In this document: piece after piece, positions 19,448 to 30,553 of the stretch
Numbering within the stretch: position 1 is the first letter of the stretch
Layout: each line of letters starts with the position of its first letter
Origin: Pseudomonadota bacterium
GTDB lineage: Bacteria > Pseudomonadota > Gammaproteobacteria > Enterobacterales > Enterobacteriaceae
DNA: 64,000 nt
Assembly: GCA_018261615.1 (NCBI GenBank)
Contig: JAGTSE010000017.1
Coordinates: 2,239 to 66,238, forward strand
Reading direction: 5' to 3'
Notes under the pieces: generated by a model
What the model saw: the letters and a program-made list of their open reading frames with translations, nothing else
The model's database searches: none
Told to the model about the DNA's origin: nothing
Made by a program: the position numbers and the translations under genes

Positions 19448-21886
19448 TCAAACCTTCTGAATGTCGACCAGATTGGTGTGCTGCGGATTGCCTTTCGCCA
19501 GCGGCGACGGACGGTGGGTGGTCAGCGTATTCATGCTGCCGCCGTGATCGACACGATCACCTTCCATGTTGGCCTGGTGCCAGGCACCCTGGCCCATCGC
19601 ACTGACACCCGGCATGATGCGCGGCGTCACTTTCGCGGCAATGCGCACTTCGCCGCGTTCGTTAAAGACGCGCACCATATCGCCATGCTTGATACCGCGA
19701 CGCTCGGCATCAATGGGGTTGATCCACACTTCCTGACGACAGGCCTCTTTCAGCACATCAATGTTGCCGTAGCTGGAGTGCGTACGGGCTTTGTAGTGGA
19801 ACCCGAACAGTTGCAACGGGAATTTTCCCCGCGCCGGATCGTCCCAGCCTTCAAAGGTTGAGGCGTAAATCGGCAGCGGGCTGATGACTTCGTCTTTTTC
19901 CAGCTCCCAGTTGTTGGCGATTTTAGCCAGTTGACTGGAGTAGATTTCAATTTTTCCAGAAGGTGTTTTCAGCGGGTTAGCGAGCGGATCATCGCGGAAA
20001 TTTTTATAGGCGACAAAGTGTCCGTTTGGATCTTTGCGCTTATAAATCCCCATCGCTTTGAGCGTTTCATAAGAGGGCAGTAGTGGATCTTTGGTGACCA
20101 TTTTGGCGTACAGATACTTCAACCACTCCTGCTGAGTGCGGCCCTCAGTGAACTTCTGGTAGATATCCGGCCCCAGACGACGGGCGATTTCGCTGGTAAT
20201 CCAGTAGATCGGTTTGCGCTCGAATTTCGGTGCGGTGACTGGCTGCAGGAAGATCAGATAACCCATATTTCCTGCGTAGTCGTTTGGAATAATGTCTTCC
20301 TGTTCAACGGTCATCAGATCTGGTAGCAGAATGTCGGCATACATTGCCGAAGAGGTCATAAAGTTCTCAATGACCACAATCATTTCGCATTTGCTTTCAT
20401 CCTGCAGGATATCGTGAGTTCGGTTGATATCGCCGTGCTGGTTGGTAAGGGTATTACCGGCGTAGTTCCAGATGAATTTGATCGGCACATCGAGTTTATC
20501 CTTGCCACGCACACCGTCGCGTTTGGCCGTCATTTCCGGCCCGCGGACAATGGCATCCGTCCAGGTAAAACAGGAGATCGACGTTTTCACCGGGTTTTCC
20601 GGCATCGGCATCCGTTCGATGGTAATGGTGTAAGTGGATTCTCGCGCGCCGCTGTTGCCGCCGTTAATGCCCACATTACCGGTGAGGATCGGCAGCATGG
20701 CGATGGCACGGGACGTCAACTCGCCGTTGGCCTGACGCTGCGGCCCCCAGCCCTGACAAATATAGGCCGGTTTGGCGCTGCCAATTTCCCGCGCCAGCTT
20801 AATAATCTTATCGACCGGAATGCCGGTAATGCGTGACGCCCACTGTGGTGTTTTGGCGATACCATCATCGCCCTGACCGAGAATATACGCTTTGTAGTGG
20901 CTGTTGGCAGGCGCATCGGCTGGCAGGGTTTTCTCATCGTAACCGACGCAATATTTATCGAGGAATGGCTGATCGACGAGGTTTTCGCTGATCAATATCC
21001 AGGCCATGCCCGCAACCAATGCGGCATCGGTACCCGGACGAATCGGTACCCACTCATCTTCACGTCCGGCAGCCGTGTCGGTATAGCGCGGATCGATAAC
21101 AATCATCCGCGCATTAGAGCGTTCGCGCGCCTGTTCAAGGAAGTAAGTGATACCGCCGCCGCTCATGCGGGTTTCCGCCGGGTTGTTGCCGAACATCACC
21201 ACCAGTTTGCTGTTTTCGATATCCGAGGTGCTGTTACCGTCGTTGGAGCCGTAGGTATAAGGCATCGCGCAGGAGATTTGCGCGGTGCTGTAAGTGCCGT
21301 ACTGGTTAAGGAAACCGCCGTATAATGCCATCAGCCGGGCAATGATCGAGGCGGATGGCGAAGAGCGGGTAATGTTGCCGCCGACGATGCCGGAAGAGTA
21401 ATTAATGTAAACGGCTTCATTACCGTATTTCTGCACCACGCTTTTCAGGCTGTTGGCAATCGTATTGAGGGCTTCGTCCCAGCTAATGCGTGCGAACTTG
21501 CCTTCACCGCGTTTGCCCACACGCTTCATCGGGTAGTTAAGACGATCCGGATGGTTGATGCGGCGGCGAATCGACCGCCCGCGTAGGCAGGCGCGGACCT
21601 GGTGGTTACCGTAAATATCATCGCCAGTATTATCGGTTTCCACCCAATACACTTCGTCATCGCGCACATGTAAACGCAGGGCACAGCGGCTACCACAGTT
21701 TACTGAGCAAGCGCCCCAGACAACTTTATCGGGCGCGGGTTGCGTGGCTTGTTGTACTGCGGCAGCGGCGGAGCGAATGCCGAAAGGAAGGGAGATAGCA
21801 CCGGCCGCGAGTGCAAGCGATCCTAACGCAGTGGATTTCACCAACGTTCGTCGACTTATCCCCCCCTGATGTTCAGTGTCGGACAT
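19448..21886 (-). CDS. ynfE: DMSO/selenate reductase molybdopterin catalytic subunit (YnfE)
   Basis: 812 aa; Tat motif SRRTLVK; CSVNCGSRC Fe-S motif; closely resembles recalled E. coli YnfE. Confidence 0.92.
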   Translation of the reverse strand: MSDTEHQGGISRRTLVKSTALGSLALAAGAISLPFGIRSAAAAVQQATQPAPDKVVWGACSVNCGSRCALRLHVRDDEVYWVETDNTGDDIYGNHQVRACLRGRSIRRRINHPDRLNYPMKRVGKRGEGKFARISWDEALNTIANSLKSVVQKYGNEAVYINYSSGIVGGNITRSSPSASIIARLMALYGGFLNQYGTYSTAQISCAMPYTYGSNDGNSTSDIENSKLVVMFGNNPAETRMSGGGITYFLEQARERSNARMIVIDPRYTDTAAGREDEWVPIRPGTDAALVAGMAWILISENLVDQPFLDKYCVGYDEKTLPADAPANSHYKAYILGQGDDGIAKTPQWASRITGIPVDKIIKLAREIGSAKPAYICQGWGPQRQANGELTSRAIAMLPILTGNVGINGGNSGARESTYTITIERMPMPENPVKTSISCFTWTDAIVRGPEMTAKRDGVRGKDKLDVPIKFIWNYAGNTLTNQHGDINRTHDILQDESKCEMIVVIENFMTSSAMYADILLPDLMTVEQEDIIPNDYAGNMGYLIFLQPVTAPKFERKPIYWITSEIARRLGPDIYQKFTEGRTQQEWLKYLYAKMVTKDPLLPSYETLKAMGIYKRKDPNGHFVAYKNFRDDPLANPLKTPSGKIEIYSSQLAKIANNWELEKDEVISPLPIYASTFEGWDDPARGKFPLQLFGFHYKARTHSSYGNIDVLKEACRQEVWINPIDAERRGIKHGDMVRVFNERGEVRIAAKVTPRIMPGVSAMGQGAWHQANMEGDRVDHGGSMNTLTTHRPSPLAKGNPQHTNLVDIQKV

Positions 21887-21986
21887 AACTCACTCCATTA
21901 TTATTTATAATAAAAAGAAATTATCCGCTCAAATTAAAAGCAGGCTAATGAAGTAGTTATGGTAACCATTTGGGGGGAGACAAATT

Positions 21987-22000
21987 TTAACCACGATCAA
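21987..22000 (-). promoter_or_regulatory. FNR-like site upstream of ynfE
   Basis: Minus strand TTGAT-CGTG-GTTAA. Confidence 0.4.
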
Positions 22001-22039
22001 CTATGGGATAATCCCCCAGATATTCAGGGGGATTATGCT

Positions 22040-22327
22040 TTATTGCGTGCCGGCGCCCTGATCGTTCTGTGGGGTAGCGCCGCTGTTGCGGGTGTAAAGA
22101 ATTTTGTAGGTATCATTCGCACAGTGGCCCACCACTTGCGAACCGGCCTGATCTGCCTGGTCATTCGGCACAATCGTCAGGCTGAATCCTGATTCCGGGA
22201 CGCCGTTATTAATGATGCGCTGCTGGATGTCAGCCTTGACCCGCTCGCATGAATCGGGCGCAGCAAAGGCAGGAATCGCACCTGCCAGTAGTAATGCACA
22301 TAACCAACGTGAATATTGCATTTTCAT
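22040..22327 (-). CDS. ynfD: DUF1161 periplasmic protein YnfD
   Basis: Signal peptide; SCERVKADIQQRIINNGVP..VVGHCANDTYKILYTR. Confidence 0.9.
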   Translation of the reverse strand: MKMQYSRWLCALLLAGAIPAFAAPDSCERVKADIQQRIINNGVPESGFSLTIVPNDQADQAGSQVVGHCANDTYKILYTRNSGATPQNDQGAGTQ

Positions 22328-22689
22328 CTCCTTCAGTTTTGCCCGCTGTAAGCTTAGCAGTTTCTGCGCTCCGGAACCTGGTAAATATCTGAATTATCAG
22401 ACGATGTGATCACTGATGTGGTAGTAACGTTAGCTGCGGCGGCATACATAGGGGAATAAACAGCCGCAGTAGCGAGCTGACAGTGACAAGGTCTGATACT
22501 GAAAACGATGAAATCACAGCATTGTCGGCAGGCGCGTATATTGCTGCTGTGGTTTTATGGTCGTTCCGGCTATTAAATTTGGTGGGCAGTGTGTATTCGC
22601 TGGCAGGTTTTAGTTCGTAAGAAAAATAAGTGTTTGCCCGGATATGTAAAGATTTTGCTAATATAGGCGCAATCCAGAAGAAAAATGTG

Positions 22690-23409
22690 GTGAACCCATT
22701 GAAAAAACAGCTATTGCTCATCGCTGTGGCGGCGTTGCTCGCCGGATGTGATGACGAGAAGGGACCGGTATCGTTTACGCCAGAGATGGCGAGCTTCTCC
22801 AATGAATTCGATTTTGATCCGCTGCGTGGCCCGGTGAAAGAGTTCAGCCAGACGCTGTTAAATGAGCAGGGCGAAGTAACAAAACGCGTCAGCGGAACAA
22901 TGTCGAAAGAGGGCTGTTTCGATACGCTGGAACTACACGATCTCGAGAACAACAGCGGCGTCGCGCTGGTGCTGGATGCCAATTATTATCTCGATGCGCA
23001 AACGAAAGAGAAGCGGCTGCGCTTGCAGGGTAAATGCCAGTTAGCTGAGTTTCCGGCTGCGGGCGTGACATGGGACACCGATGACAACGGTTTTGTCGTG
23101 CTGGCGACCGGGAAAGAGATGGAAGTAAAATACCGTTACGATGAGGAAGGATACCCGCTGGGCAAATCCACGACCTCGAAGGACGAGCATCTGACGGTGG
23201 TCTCAACACCCTCCAAAGACAAACGGAAAAAACTCGATTACACGTCGCTCAGCACGCTGAATGACAAGCCACTCGGCAGCGTGAAACAAACCTGTGACTA
23301 CGACAGGCACGACAATCCGTTGAGCTGTACGCTGGAGGTTGTCGATCTGAGCGCTTCCCCGCAGGTCACCCACAAATACAGCATCAAAAATACCCTCTCC
23401 TATTATTGA
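22690..23409 (+). CDS. ynfC: Lipoprotein YnfC
   Basis: Lipobox LLAGC; FTPEMASFSNEFDFDPLRGPVK; start codon approximate. Confidence 0.9.
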   Translation: MNPLKKQLLLIAVAALLAGCDDEKGPVSFTPEMASFSNEFDFDPLRGPVKEFSQTLLNEQGEVTKRVSGTMSKEGCFDTLELHDLENNSGVALVLDANYYLDAQTKEKRLRLQGKCQLAEFPAAGVTWDTDDNGFVVLATGKEMEVKYRYDEEGYPLGKSTTSKDEHLTVVSTPSKDKRKKLDYTSLSTLNDKPLGSVKQTCDYDRHDNPLSCTLEVVDLSASPQVTHKYSIKNTLSYY

Positions 23410-23427
23410 TACAGGCAACCGCCGCGC

Positions 23428-23988
23428 TTACTGCGCGGTGGGTTTTAACAGCGTGGCGCCGCCGGGTTTATGGTTTTCCAGGTACTGCTGCTGGAATATG
23501 CACATGCGGATAGTGTTGCGGTACTCGCCATTAATAAAGAACTCATGAATTAACTCGCCCTCCACCTGGAACCCCAGCTTGCGGTAGATGTGAATGGCTT
23601 TTTCATTCTCTTTATCGACGATCAGATAGAGCTTATACAGATTCAGCACGGTAAAACCGTAATCCATTGCCAGCCTGGCCGCTTTGGTTGCCAGCCCTTT
23701 ACCCTGATATTCCGGGGAGATGATTATCTGAAACTCCGCGCGGCGGTGCACATGGTTGATTTCTACAAGCTCGACCAGCCCGGCCTTTTCATCATTAAAC
23801 TCAATGACAAAGCGGCGCTCACTCTGGTCGTGAATATGTTTATCGTACAGATCCGACAACTCAACAAACGCCTCGTACGGCTCTTCGAACCAGTAGCGCA
23901 TCACGCTGGCATTGTTATCAAGCTGGTGGACAAAGCGCAGATCCTCGCGCTCAAGGGGACGAAGTCGGATGTTGTGCGCGTCACTCAT
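23428..23988 (-). CDS. speG: Spermidine N1-acetyltransferase SpeG
   Basis: [31 protein letters not shown]; 186 aa. Confidence 0.96.
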   Translation of the reverse strand: MSDAHNIRLRPLEREDLRFVHQLDNNASVMRYWFEEPYEAFVELSDLYDKHIHDQSERRFVIEFNDEKAGLVELVEINHVHRRAEFQIIISPEYQGKGLATKAARLAMDYGFTVLNLYKLYLIVDKENEKAIHIYRKLGFQVEGELIHEFFINGEYRNTIRMCIFQQQYLENHKPGGATLLKPTAQ

Positions 23989-24039
23989 GAGAGATCCTTT
24001 CGGAAAGCGGAAAACGGGCGCAGTGCGCGCCCGGGAGGA

Positions 24040-24378
24040 TTACTGAATTTGACGACCGGTACGACGATCGAGGCAGCGCTGAGTATTGGCTTCCCAGTAC
24101 GCGTTAACGTTGCTGCTTTTCTGACAATTATCTTTTGCGTCAAACGCCACGTCGGCCTTGTCCCACTCTTTTTCGACGCGTTTATTCACTTTATGACGCA
24201 GAGTACGGGTGTCATTCCATTGCTCTTTTTCCATCGCCGCAGACTGACGGGTTTGTGCGTTGTCGCCCGATTCAATAACCAGACGGTTGGTTTCTGCCAT
24301 TGCGGAGGTGGTGTACACGATGGCACCCAGCGTCAGCATTGCGGTCAGGCACAGGCGTTTGCTAAGTGTAGTTGTCAT
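24040..24378 (-). CDS. ynfB: DUF1283 protein YnfB
   Basis: Signal peptide; [30 protein letters not shown]. Confidence 0.92.
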   Translation of the reverse strand: MTTTLSKRLCLTAMLTLGAIVYTTSAMAETNRLVIESGDNAQTRQSAAMEKEQWNDTRTLRHKVNKRVEKEWDKADVAFDAKDNCQKSSNVNAYWEANTQRCLDRRTGRQIQ

Positions 24379-24526
24379 TGCGATATCCTTAAATTGAGGG
24401 AGAAACGGGTAGCCCACATCTCTCTATTTTATGCGATCTCAGCCTGCCAGTATACCGGGGCAGCGTCCAATCTCAGAACATTATCGGGTATTATGGTTCA
24501 ACCAATCCTTAATAATAGTGCCAGAA

Positions 24527-24853
24527 ATGCTCAAAACGACGCTGCTTTTTTTTGCTACCGCGCTGTGTGAAATCGTTGGTTGCTTCCTGCCCTGGCTGTG
24601 GTTAAAACGCGGCGCAACGCCGTTTCTGCTGGTGCCTGCGGCACTGGCGTTGGCGTTGTTTGTCTGGCTGTTAACGCTGCATCCGGCGACCAGCGGGCGA
24701 GTTTATGCGGCTTACGGCGGGGTGTATGTTTGCACGGCGCTTATCTGGCTACGCGTGGTGGATGGCGTGAAGCTGAGTCTTTATGACTGGCTGGGTGCCG
24801 TTGTGGCGATGTGCGGTATGTTAATCATTGTTGCAGGATGGGGGCGTGCTTAA
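24527..24853 (+). CDS. ynfA: SMR-like membrane protein YnfA
   Basis: [25 protein letters not shown]; 108 aa. Confidence 0.94.
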   Translation: MLKTTLLFFATALCEIVGCFLPWLWLKRGATPFLLVPAALALALFVWLLTLHPATSGRVYAAYGGVYVCTALIWLRVVDGVKLSLYDWLGAVVAMCGMLIIVAGWGRA

Positions 24854-24898
24854 CTAATCGTTAATATTTTGTGATCGGTAGCGTGTTTCTCGATCATC

Positions 24899-24908
24899 AT
24901 ACTTGTAT
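24899..24908. promoter_or_regulatory. RspR (YdfH) operator upstream of rspA
   Basis: ATACTTGTAT matches the recalled ATACnnGTAT palindrome. Confidence 0.6.
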
Positions 24909-24968
24909 GGTAGTTGCCTGATTGCGTAAGTTTTCCGCATTACATTATGTCGATGCAAGGAAACCCGC

Positions 24969-26183
24969 ATGAAAATCACAGGCGCTGATGTCTTTGTTAC
25001 CTGCCCGGGGCGCAACTTTGTCACATTAAAAATTACCACAGAAGAGGGGATCGTCGGCCTTGGCGACGCCACGCTGAATGGTCGCGAGCTCTCCGTTGCT
25101 TCCTACCTGAAAGATCATTTGTGTCCGCAACTTATTGGCCGCGACGCGCAGCGCATTGAAGATATCTGGCAATTTTTCTACAAAGGCGCTTATTGGCGGC
25201 GCGGTCCGGTGACCATGTCAGCTATCTCCGCCATCGATATGGCGCTGTGGGATATTAAAGCCAAAGCCGCCAATATGCCGCTCTACCAGTTGCTTGGTGG
25301 CGCTTCCCGTGAAGGTGTTATGGTTTATTGCCACACCACCGGCCACTCCATTGATGAGGTACTGGAAGATTACACGCGGCACAAAGAGATGGGGTTTAAA
25401 GCCATCCGCGTTCAGTGCGGCGTGCCGGGAATGAAAACCACCTACGGCATGGCAAAAGGCAAAGGTCTGGCGTATGAACCTGCCACCAAAGGCCAGTGGC
25501 CGGAAGAGCAGCTCTGGTCGACGGAAAAATACCTCGATTTCACGCCGAAACTGTTTGACGCTGTGCGCAGTAAATTTGGTTTCAACGAACATCTGCTGCA
25601 TGACATGCACCACCGTCTGACGCCAATTGAAGCTGCGCGTTTCGGCAAAAGCATCGAACCTTTTCGCCTGTTCTGGATGGAGGACCCCACCCCGGCTGAA
25701 AACCAGGCTTGCTTCCGGTTGATCCGCCAACACACCGTTACCCCCATCGCAGTCGGCGAAGTATTCAACAGTATCTGGGATTGCAAGCAGCTGATTGAAG
25801 AACAGTTGATCGACTATATCCGCACCACTATCACCCATGCTGGTGGCATTACGGGTATGCGCCGCATTGCGGATTTCGCCTCGCTCTATCAGGTACGTAC
25901 TGGCTCGCATGGCCCGTCAGATCTTTCACCTATTTGCCATGCGGCAGCCCTCCATTTTGATCTGTGGGTGCCCAACTTTGGTGTGCAGGAATATATGGGT
26001 TATTCCGAACAGATGCTGGAGGTTTTCCCGCACAGTTGGCGCTTTGATCAAGGTTATATGCACCCCGGCGATCAACCCGGTCTGGGCATCGGCTTTGACG
26101 AAAAACTGGCGGCGAAATATCCCTACGATCCCGCGTATCTACCGGTCGCGCGGCTGGAAGATGGCACGTTGTGGAACTGGTAA
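24969..26183 (+). CDS. rspA: Starvation-sensing protein RspA (D-mannonate dehydratase family, enolase superfamily)
   Basis: [30 protein letters not shown]; 404 aa. Confidence 0.96.
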   Translation: MKITGADVFVTCPGRNFVTLKITTEEGIVGLGDATLNGRELSVASYLKDHLCPQLIGRDAQRIEDIWQFFYKGAYWRRGPVTMSAISAIDMALWDIKAKAANMPLYQLLGGASREGVMVYCHTTGHSIDEVLEDYTRHKEMGFKAIRVQCGVPGMKTTYGMAKGKGLAYEPATKGQWPEEQLWSTEKYLDFTPKLFDAVRSKFGFNEHLLHDMHHRLTPIEAARFGKSIEPFRLFWMEDPTPAENQACFRLIRQHTVTPIAVGEVFNSIWDCKQLIEEQLIDYIRTTITHAGGITGMRRIADFASLYQVRTGSHGPSDLSPICHAAALHFDLWVPNFGVQEYMGYSEQMLEVFPHSWRFDQGYMHPGDQPGLGIGFDEKLAAKYPYDPAYLPVARLEDGTLWNW

Positions 26184-26197
26184 CAGAGGAAAGCAAA

Positions 26198-27214
26198 ATG
26201 AAAAGTGTGGTGATTGAACAACCCAACCAATTGACGCTCGCTGAACGGTCTTTGCCGCAACCCGCCGCTGGTGAGGTGCGCGTTAAGGTCAAACTCGCCG
26301 GGATCTGTGGCTCCGACAGCCATATCTATCGCGGGCACAACCCGTTCGCCAAATACCCGCGCGTTATCGGCCATGAATTCTACGGTCTGATCGATGCCGT
26401 TGGTAAAGGCGTATCGGCTGAAAGAGTGGGCGAGCGCGTGGTTGTCGACCCGGTGATCAGTTGCGGCCATTGTTATCCGTGCTCCGTTGGCAAACCGAAC
26501 GTCTGCAATGAACTGGTGGTGTTGGGTGTGCATCGCGACGGCGGTTTTAGCGAATACGCCACTGTTCCGGCACGTAATGCCTGGGCCGTTCCGGCGGCAA
26601 TCCCGGATGAGAATGCGGTAATGATCGAGCCGTTTACCATCGCGGCTAACGTCACTGGCCAGGTGAACCCAACGGAGAAAGACATTGCGCTGATCTATGG
26701 TGCCGGGCCGATGGGATTAACCACGCTGCAAGCACTGAAAAATGTCTACAACGTGCAGCAGGTGATTGTTGCCGATCGTATCGAAGAACGTCTGGCAATG
26801 GCGCAGCGCAATGGCGCGGACTGGGTGATTAACAACAGCCGGCAGCCGTTGGCGGAAGCGCTGGCAGAGAAGGGCATTAAACCGACACTGATTGTTGATG
26901 CGGCGTGTCATCCATCCATTCTACAGGAAGCGATTGCGCTGGCCTCGCCGGCCGCGCGTATTGTGATCATGGGCTTTTCCAGCGAACCCAGCCAGATAAT
27001 CCAGCAGGGTATCACGGGTAAAGAACTGTCTATTTTCTCTTCCCGTCTTAACGCGGGCAAATTCCCGGTGGTGATCGACTGGCTGGCTCGCGCCTTGATC
27101 GATCCGACAAAGTTAGTGACGCATAAATTTGATTATCAACATGTCACCGATGCGATTGAACTGTTTGAAAAAGATCAGCAGCACTGCTGTAAGGTCTTAT
27201 TAACGTTCAATTAA
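26198..27214 (+). CDS. rspB: Zn-dependent alcohol dehydrogenase-like RspB
   Basis: GICGSD, GHEF, CGHCYPCSVGKPNVC, GAGPMG. Confidence 0.94.
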   Translation: MKSVVIEQPNQLTLAERSLPQPAAGEVRVKVKLAGICGSDSHIYRGHNPFAKYPRVIGHEFYGLIDAVGKGVSAERVGERVVVDPVISCGHCYPCSVGKPNVCNELVVLGVHRDGGFSEYATVPARNAWAVPAAIPDENAVMIEPFTIAANVTGQVNPTEKDIALIYGAGPMGLTTLQALKNVYNVQQVIVADRIEERLAMAQRNGADWVINNSRQPLAEALAEKGIKPTLIVDAACHPSILQEAIALASPAARIVIMGFSSEPSQIIQQGITGKELSIFSSRLNAGKFPVVIDWLARALIDPTKLVTHKFDYQHVTDAIELFEKDQQHCCKVLLTFN

Positions 27215-27271
27215 TTACAACGAAAAATGCGGTTGAGCGGTACGCATACTTCTTTTTTCGAGATAGCCATT

Positions 27272-28645
27272 ATGACGCAAGTTAACGCTGAAAGAACGAC
27301 CTCTGATCTGGTGAAAGCCGCCGTTTCTGGCTGGCTGGGTACCGCGCTGGAATTTATGGATTTCCAGCTTTATTCGCTGGGTGCGGCGCTGGTTTTCCAT
27401 GAGATCTTCTTCCCGGAGCAATCGGCGGCGATGGCGCTGATCCTCGCAATGGGAACCTACGGAGCGGGTTATGTGGCGCGCATTATCGGCGCGTTTATCT
27501 TCGGTAAAATGGGCGATCGCATAGGCCGCAAAAAAGTGCTGTTTATCACTATCACGATGATGGGCATTTGTACCACCTTGATTGGCGTATTACCGACCTA
27601 TGCGCAGATCGGCATTTTTGCGCCGGTATTACTGGTAACGCTGCGCATTATTCAGGGCCTCGGCGCTGGCGCGGAAATATCCGGTGCCGGAACCATGCTG
27701 GCGGAATATGCGCCGAAAGGGAAACGCGGCATTATCTCTTCGCTGGTAGCGATGGGCACCAACTGCGGCACGCTGAGCGCAACGGCGATCTGGGCGGTGA
27801 TGTTCTTTGCGCTGGATCGCGAAGCACTGCTGTCCTGGGGCTGGCGGGTGCCGTTTATCGCCAGCGTGGTGGTGATGGTTTTTGCCATCTGGTTGCGTTT
27901 GAACCTGAAAGAGAGCCCGGTCTTCGAGAAAGTACACGAAGGCGCGCATGCGCCGAAAAGCCAAAGTGCGGAAATGGGGCTGGGCGCGATGTTCAGCAGC
28001 AAAACATTCTGGCTGGCGACCGGCTTGCGCTTTGGTCAGGCCGGTAACTCGGGGCTAATCCAGACCTTTCTCGCGGGTTATCTGGTACAAACCCTGCTGT
28101 TCGAAAAACGCATTCCGACCGATGCCCTGATGATCAGCTCAATTATCGGCTTTCTTACCATTCCGTTTTTGGGCTGGCTGTCCGACAAAGTAGGGCGCCG
28201 TTTACCCTATATCTGCTTGTGTATCTCGGCGATCATTCTCGCGTACCCGATGATGGCGATCATTGTCGATAAAAGCTACAACCCCGGTGTGATTATGCTG
28301 TCGATCATCGTCATTCATAACATTGCCGTGCTCGGGTTATTCGCGCTGGAAAATATCACCATGGCGGAGATGTTCGGCTCCCGTAATCGCTTCACGCGGA
28401 TGGCCATTTCGAAAGAGGCGGGTGGGCTGGTGGCTGTCGGATTCGGGCCAGTACTGGCGGGGATCTTCTGCAATATGACCGGCTCCTGGTGGCCGATAGT
28501 CGTCATGCTGGTGGCTTACTCGCTGATTGGTTTGCTCTCAGCCGTGCTGATGCCGGAAGTACGCGACCGCGATTTGAATATTCTGCAAGACGCTGCTGAA
28601 CCGCGTGCTGCGGCACAGCCGGTGGGAAACCGTAACTATATCTGA
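27272..28645 (+). CDS. ydfJ: MFS (MHS family) transporter YdfJ, full length
   Basis: GTALEFMDFQLY, GDRIGRK, QGLGAGAE. Confidence 0.92.
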   Translation: MTQVNAERTTSDLVKAAVSGWLGTALEFMDFQLYSLGAALVFHEIFFPEQSAAMALILAMGTYGAGYVARIIGAFIFGKMGDRIGRKKVLFITITMMGICTTLIGVLPTYAQIGIFAPVLLVTLRIIQGLGAGAEISGAGTMLAEYAPKGKRGIISSLVAMGTNCGTLSATAIWAVMFFALDREALLSWGWRVPFIASVVVMVFAIWLRLNLKESPVFEKVHEGAHAPKSQSAEMGLGAMFSSKTFWLATGLRFGQAGNSGLIQTFLAGYLVQTLLFEKRIPTDALMISSIIGFLTIPFLGWLSDKVGRRLPYICLCISAIILAYPMMAIIVDKSYNPGVIMLSIIVIHNIAVLGLFALENITMAEMFGSRNRFTRMAISKEAGGLVAVGFGPVLAGIFCNMTGSWWPIVVMLVAYSLIGLLSAVLMPEVRDRDLNILQDAAEPRAAAQPVGNRNYI

Positions 28646-28823
28646 ACCCCTTATTGATTACCGGAAGAGTTCGCTAAGCCAGAGTTAAGTTAAAGGGATT
28701 TTGACATATTTGGTTACCATTCTAGTTAGTGTAGTCCGCAAATGCTGTCGTAAATCATAGTCTGATTTGCGACAGCCCGTAATCTATTGAACCACTGTTT
28801 CACTTAATAAGATGAGTCCCACC

Positions 28824-30287
28824 ATGGAAAACAGGCTATTAAAGGCGAAAGCCACGTTACCTACTTACGATCGTAACAAACTGGTTCCACGCATTGTGCA
28901 TTTGGGGTTTGGTGCTTTTCACCGCGCTCACCAGGCGGTGTATGCGGATATTTTGGCCGCAGAGCACGGCAGCGACTGGGGTTACTGCGAGGTCAATCTG
29001 ATCGGCGGTGAGCAGCAGATTGCCGATCTTAAACAGCAGGGTAATCTGTACACCGTGGCAGAAATGTCCGCCGACGCGTGGACCGCGCGGGTGGTCGGAG
29101 TGGTGAAACGCGCACTGCATGCGCAGGTTGATGGCCTGGAAACCGTGCTGGCCGCCATGTGCGAGCCGCAGGTGGCGATTGTCTCGCTGACCATCACCGA
29201 AAAAGGGTATTGCCACTCACCAGCGACAGGAAAACTGATGCTCGATCATCCGTTAATCGCTGGCGACCTGCAAAACCCGCAGCAGCCAAAATCTGCGGTT
29301 GGCGTGGTGGTGGAAGCGCTGGCGCGTCGCAAAGCGGAAGGGCTGGCGGCATTCAGTGTGATGTCCTGCGATAACATGCCGGAAAACGGCCATGTTACCC
29401 GCAACGTGGTGTGTGCTTATGCCCGTGCGGTGAATGCGGAACTGGCAGATTGGATTGACGCTAACGTGACGTTTCCCTCGACCATGGTGGACCGTATTGT
29501 TCCGGCAGTAACGGCTGAAACGCTGGATAAAATCGAACAGCTTACCGGCGTGCGCGATCCGGCAGGTGTGGCCTGCGAACCGTTCCGCCAGTGGGTGATT
29601 GAAGATAATTTTGTCGCGGGGCGTCCGGCATGGGAAAAAGCGGGCGCTGAACTGGTTGCCGACGTCGTGCCGTTCGAAGAGATGAAACTGCGTATGCTGA
29701 ACGGCAGCCACTCCTTCCTCGCTTATCTGGGCTACCTGGCCGGTTATCAGCACATTAATGAATGTATGGACGACGACAACTATCGCCGCGCAGCACACGC
29801 GCTGATGCTGAAAGAGCAGGCGCCGACGTTGAAAGTGAAAGGCGTTGACCTTGCACGTTACGCCGATCTGCTGATTGCGCGTTACAGCAACACCGCGTTG
29901 CGTCACCGTACCTGGCAGATCGCGATGGACGGCAGCCAGAAATTACCGCAACGTATGCTCGATTCGGTACGCTGGCATTTAGCGCATCAGGATTCCTTTG
30001 CTCTACTGGCGCTGGGCGTGGCAGGCTGGATGCGCTACGTCGGCGGTGTTGATGAGCAAGGCCAGGCAATCGAAGTGTGCGATCCGCTGCTGGCGGTGAT
30101 TCAGGGAGCCGTTAACGCAAGCGCGGAAGGTGCATCGCGCGTGCAGGCACTGCTGGACATTGAAGCGATTTTTGGCAACGAACTTCCGAAGGAAGCGGCC
30201 TTTGTGGCGCAGGTACAGAAAGCGTATCGTTCACTGCTGGAGAAAGGGGCGAAAGCGACCGTGGCAGAATACGCCGCAGCGCTGTAA
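28824..30287 (+). CDS. ydfI: Mannitol dehydrogenase family / D-mannonate oxidoreductase YdfI
   Basis: [42 protein letters not shown]. Confidence 0.92.
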   Translation: MENRLLKAKATLPTYDRNKLVPRIVHLGFGAFHRAHQAVYADILAAEHGSDWGYCEVNLIGGEQQIADLKQQGNLYTVAEMSADAWTARVVGVVKRALHAQVDGLETVLAAMCEPQVAIVSLTITEKGYCHSPATGKLMLDHPLIAGDLQNPQQPKSAVGVVVEALARRKAEGLAAFSVMSCDNMPENGHVTRNVVCAYARAVNAELADWIDANVTFPSTMVDRIVPAVTAETLDKIEQLTGVRDPAGVACEPFRQWVIEDNFVAGRPAWEKAGAELVADVVPFEEMKLRMLNGSHSFLAYLGYLAGYQHINECMDDDNYRRAAHALMLKEQAPTLKVKGVDLARYADLLIARYSNTALRHRTWQIAMDGSQKLPQRMLDSVRWHLAHQDSFALLALGVAGWMRYVGGVDEQGQAIEVCDPLLAVIQGAVNASAEGASRVQALLDIEAIFGNELPKEAAFVAQVQKAYRSLLEKGAKATVAEYAAAL

Positions 30288-30297
30288 ATCGTCTAAA

Positions 30298-30326
30298 GGA
30301 TGCCGCCCCGGCGGCATTCTTTTTTG
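30298..30326 (+). terminator. Intrinsic terminator after ydfI
   Basis: ggatgccgcc-cc-ggcggcattc followed by a U tract. Confidence 0.7.
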
Positions 30327-30349
30327 CCTTATACGGACACTTTCACCCT

Positions 30350-30553
30350 TTAGTGCAGACCAAGCCGAATCAGTTCAACCGGTTCGAATTTACCTTCACA
30401 ACCTTCCACTTCTACCGTTTTACTGCGGCGCAGTTGTGCGGCATTCAGCCCGTCAGCGTGGATGGCAATGATTTTGCCGGTGTGGCCTGTACCGTTAATC
30501 ATTACGCGGCTGCCGGTGGTAATGGCGTTGCGATTACGATCATAAGTCATCAT
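30350..30553 (-). CDS. ydfZ: Putative selenium delivery protein YdfZ
   Basis: [34 protein letters not shown]; 67 aa. Confidence 0.94.
   Translation of the reverse strand: MMTYDRNRNAITTGSRVMINGTGHTGKIIAIHADGLNAAQLRRSKTVEVEGCEGKFEPVELIRLGLH

Noticed and set aside
22410-22982. 190-aa minus-strand ORF
   Set aside because: Overlaps ynfC antisense; low-complexity Ser-rich translation.
23590-24570. 326-aa + strand ORF spanning speG and ynfB
   Set aside because: Antisense to two well-supported genes.
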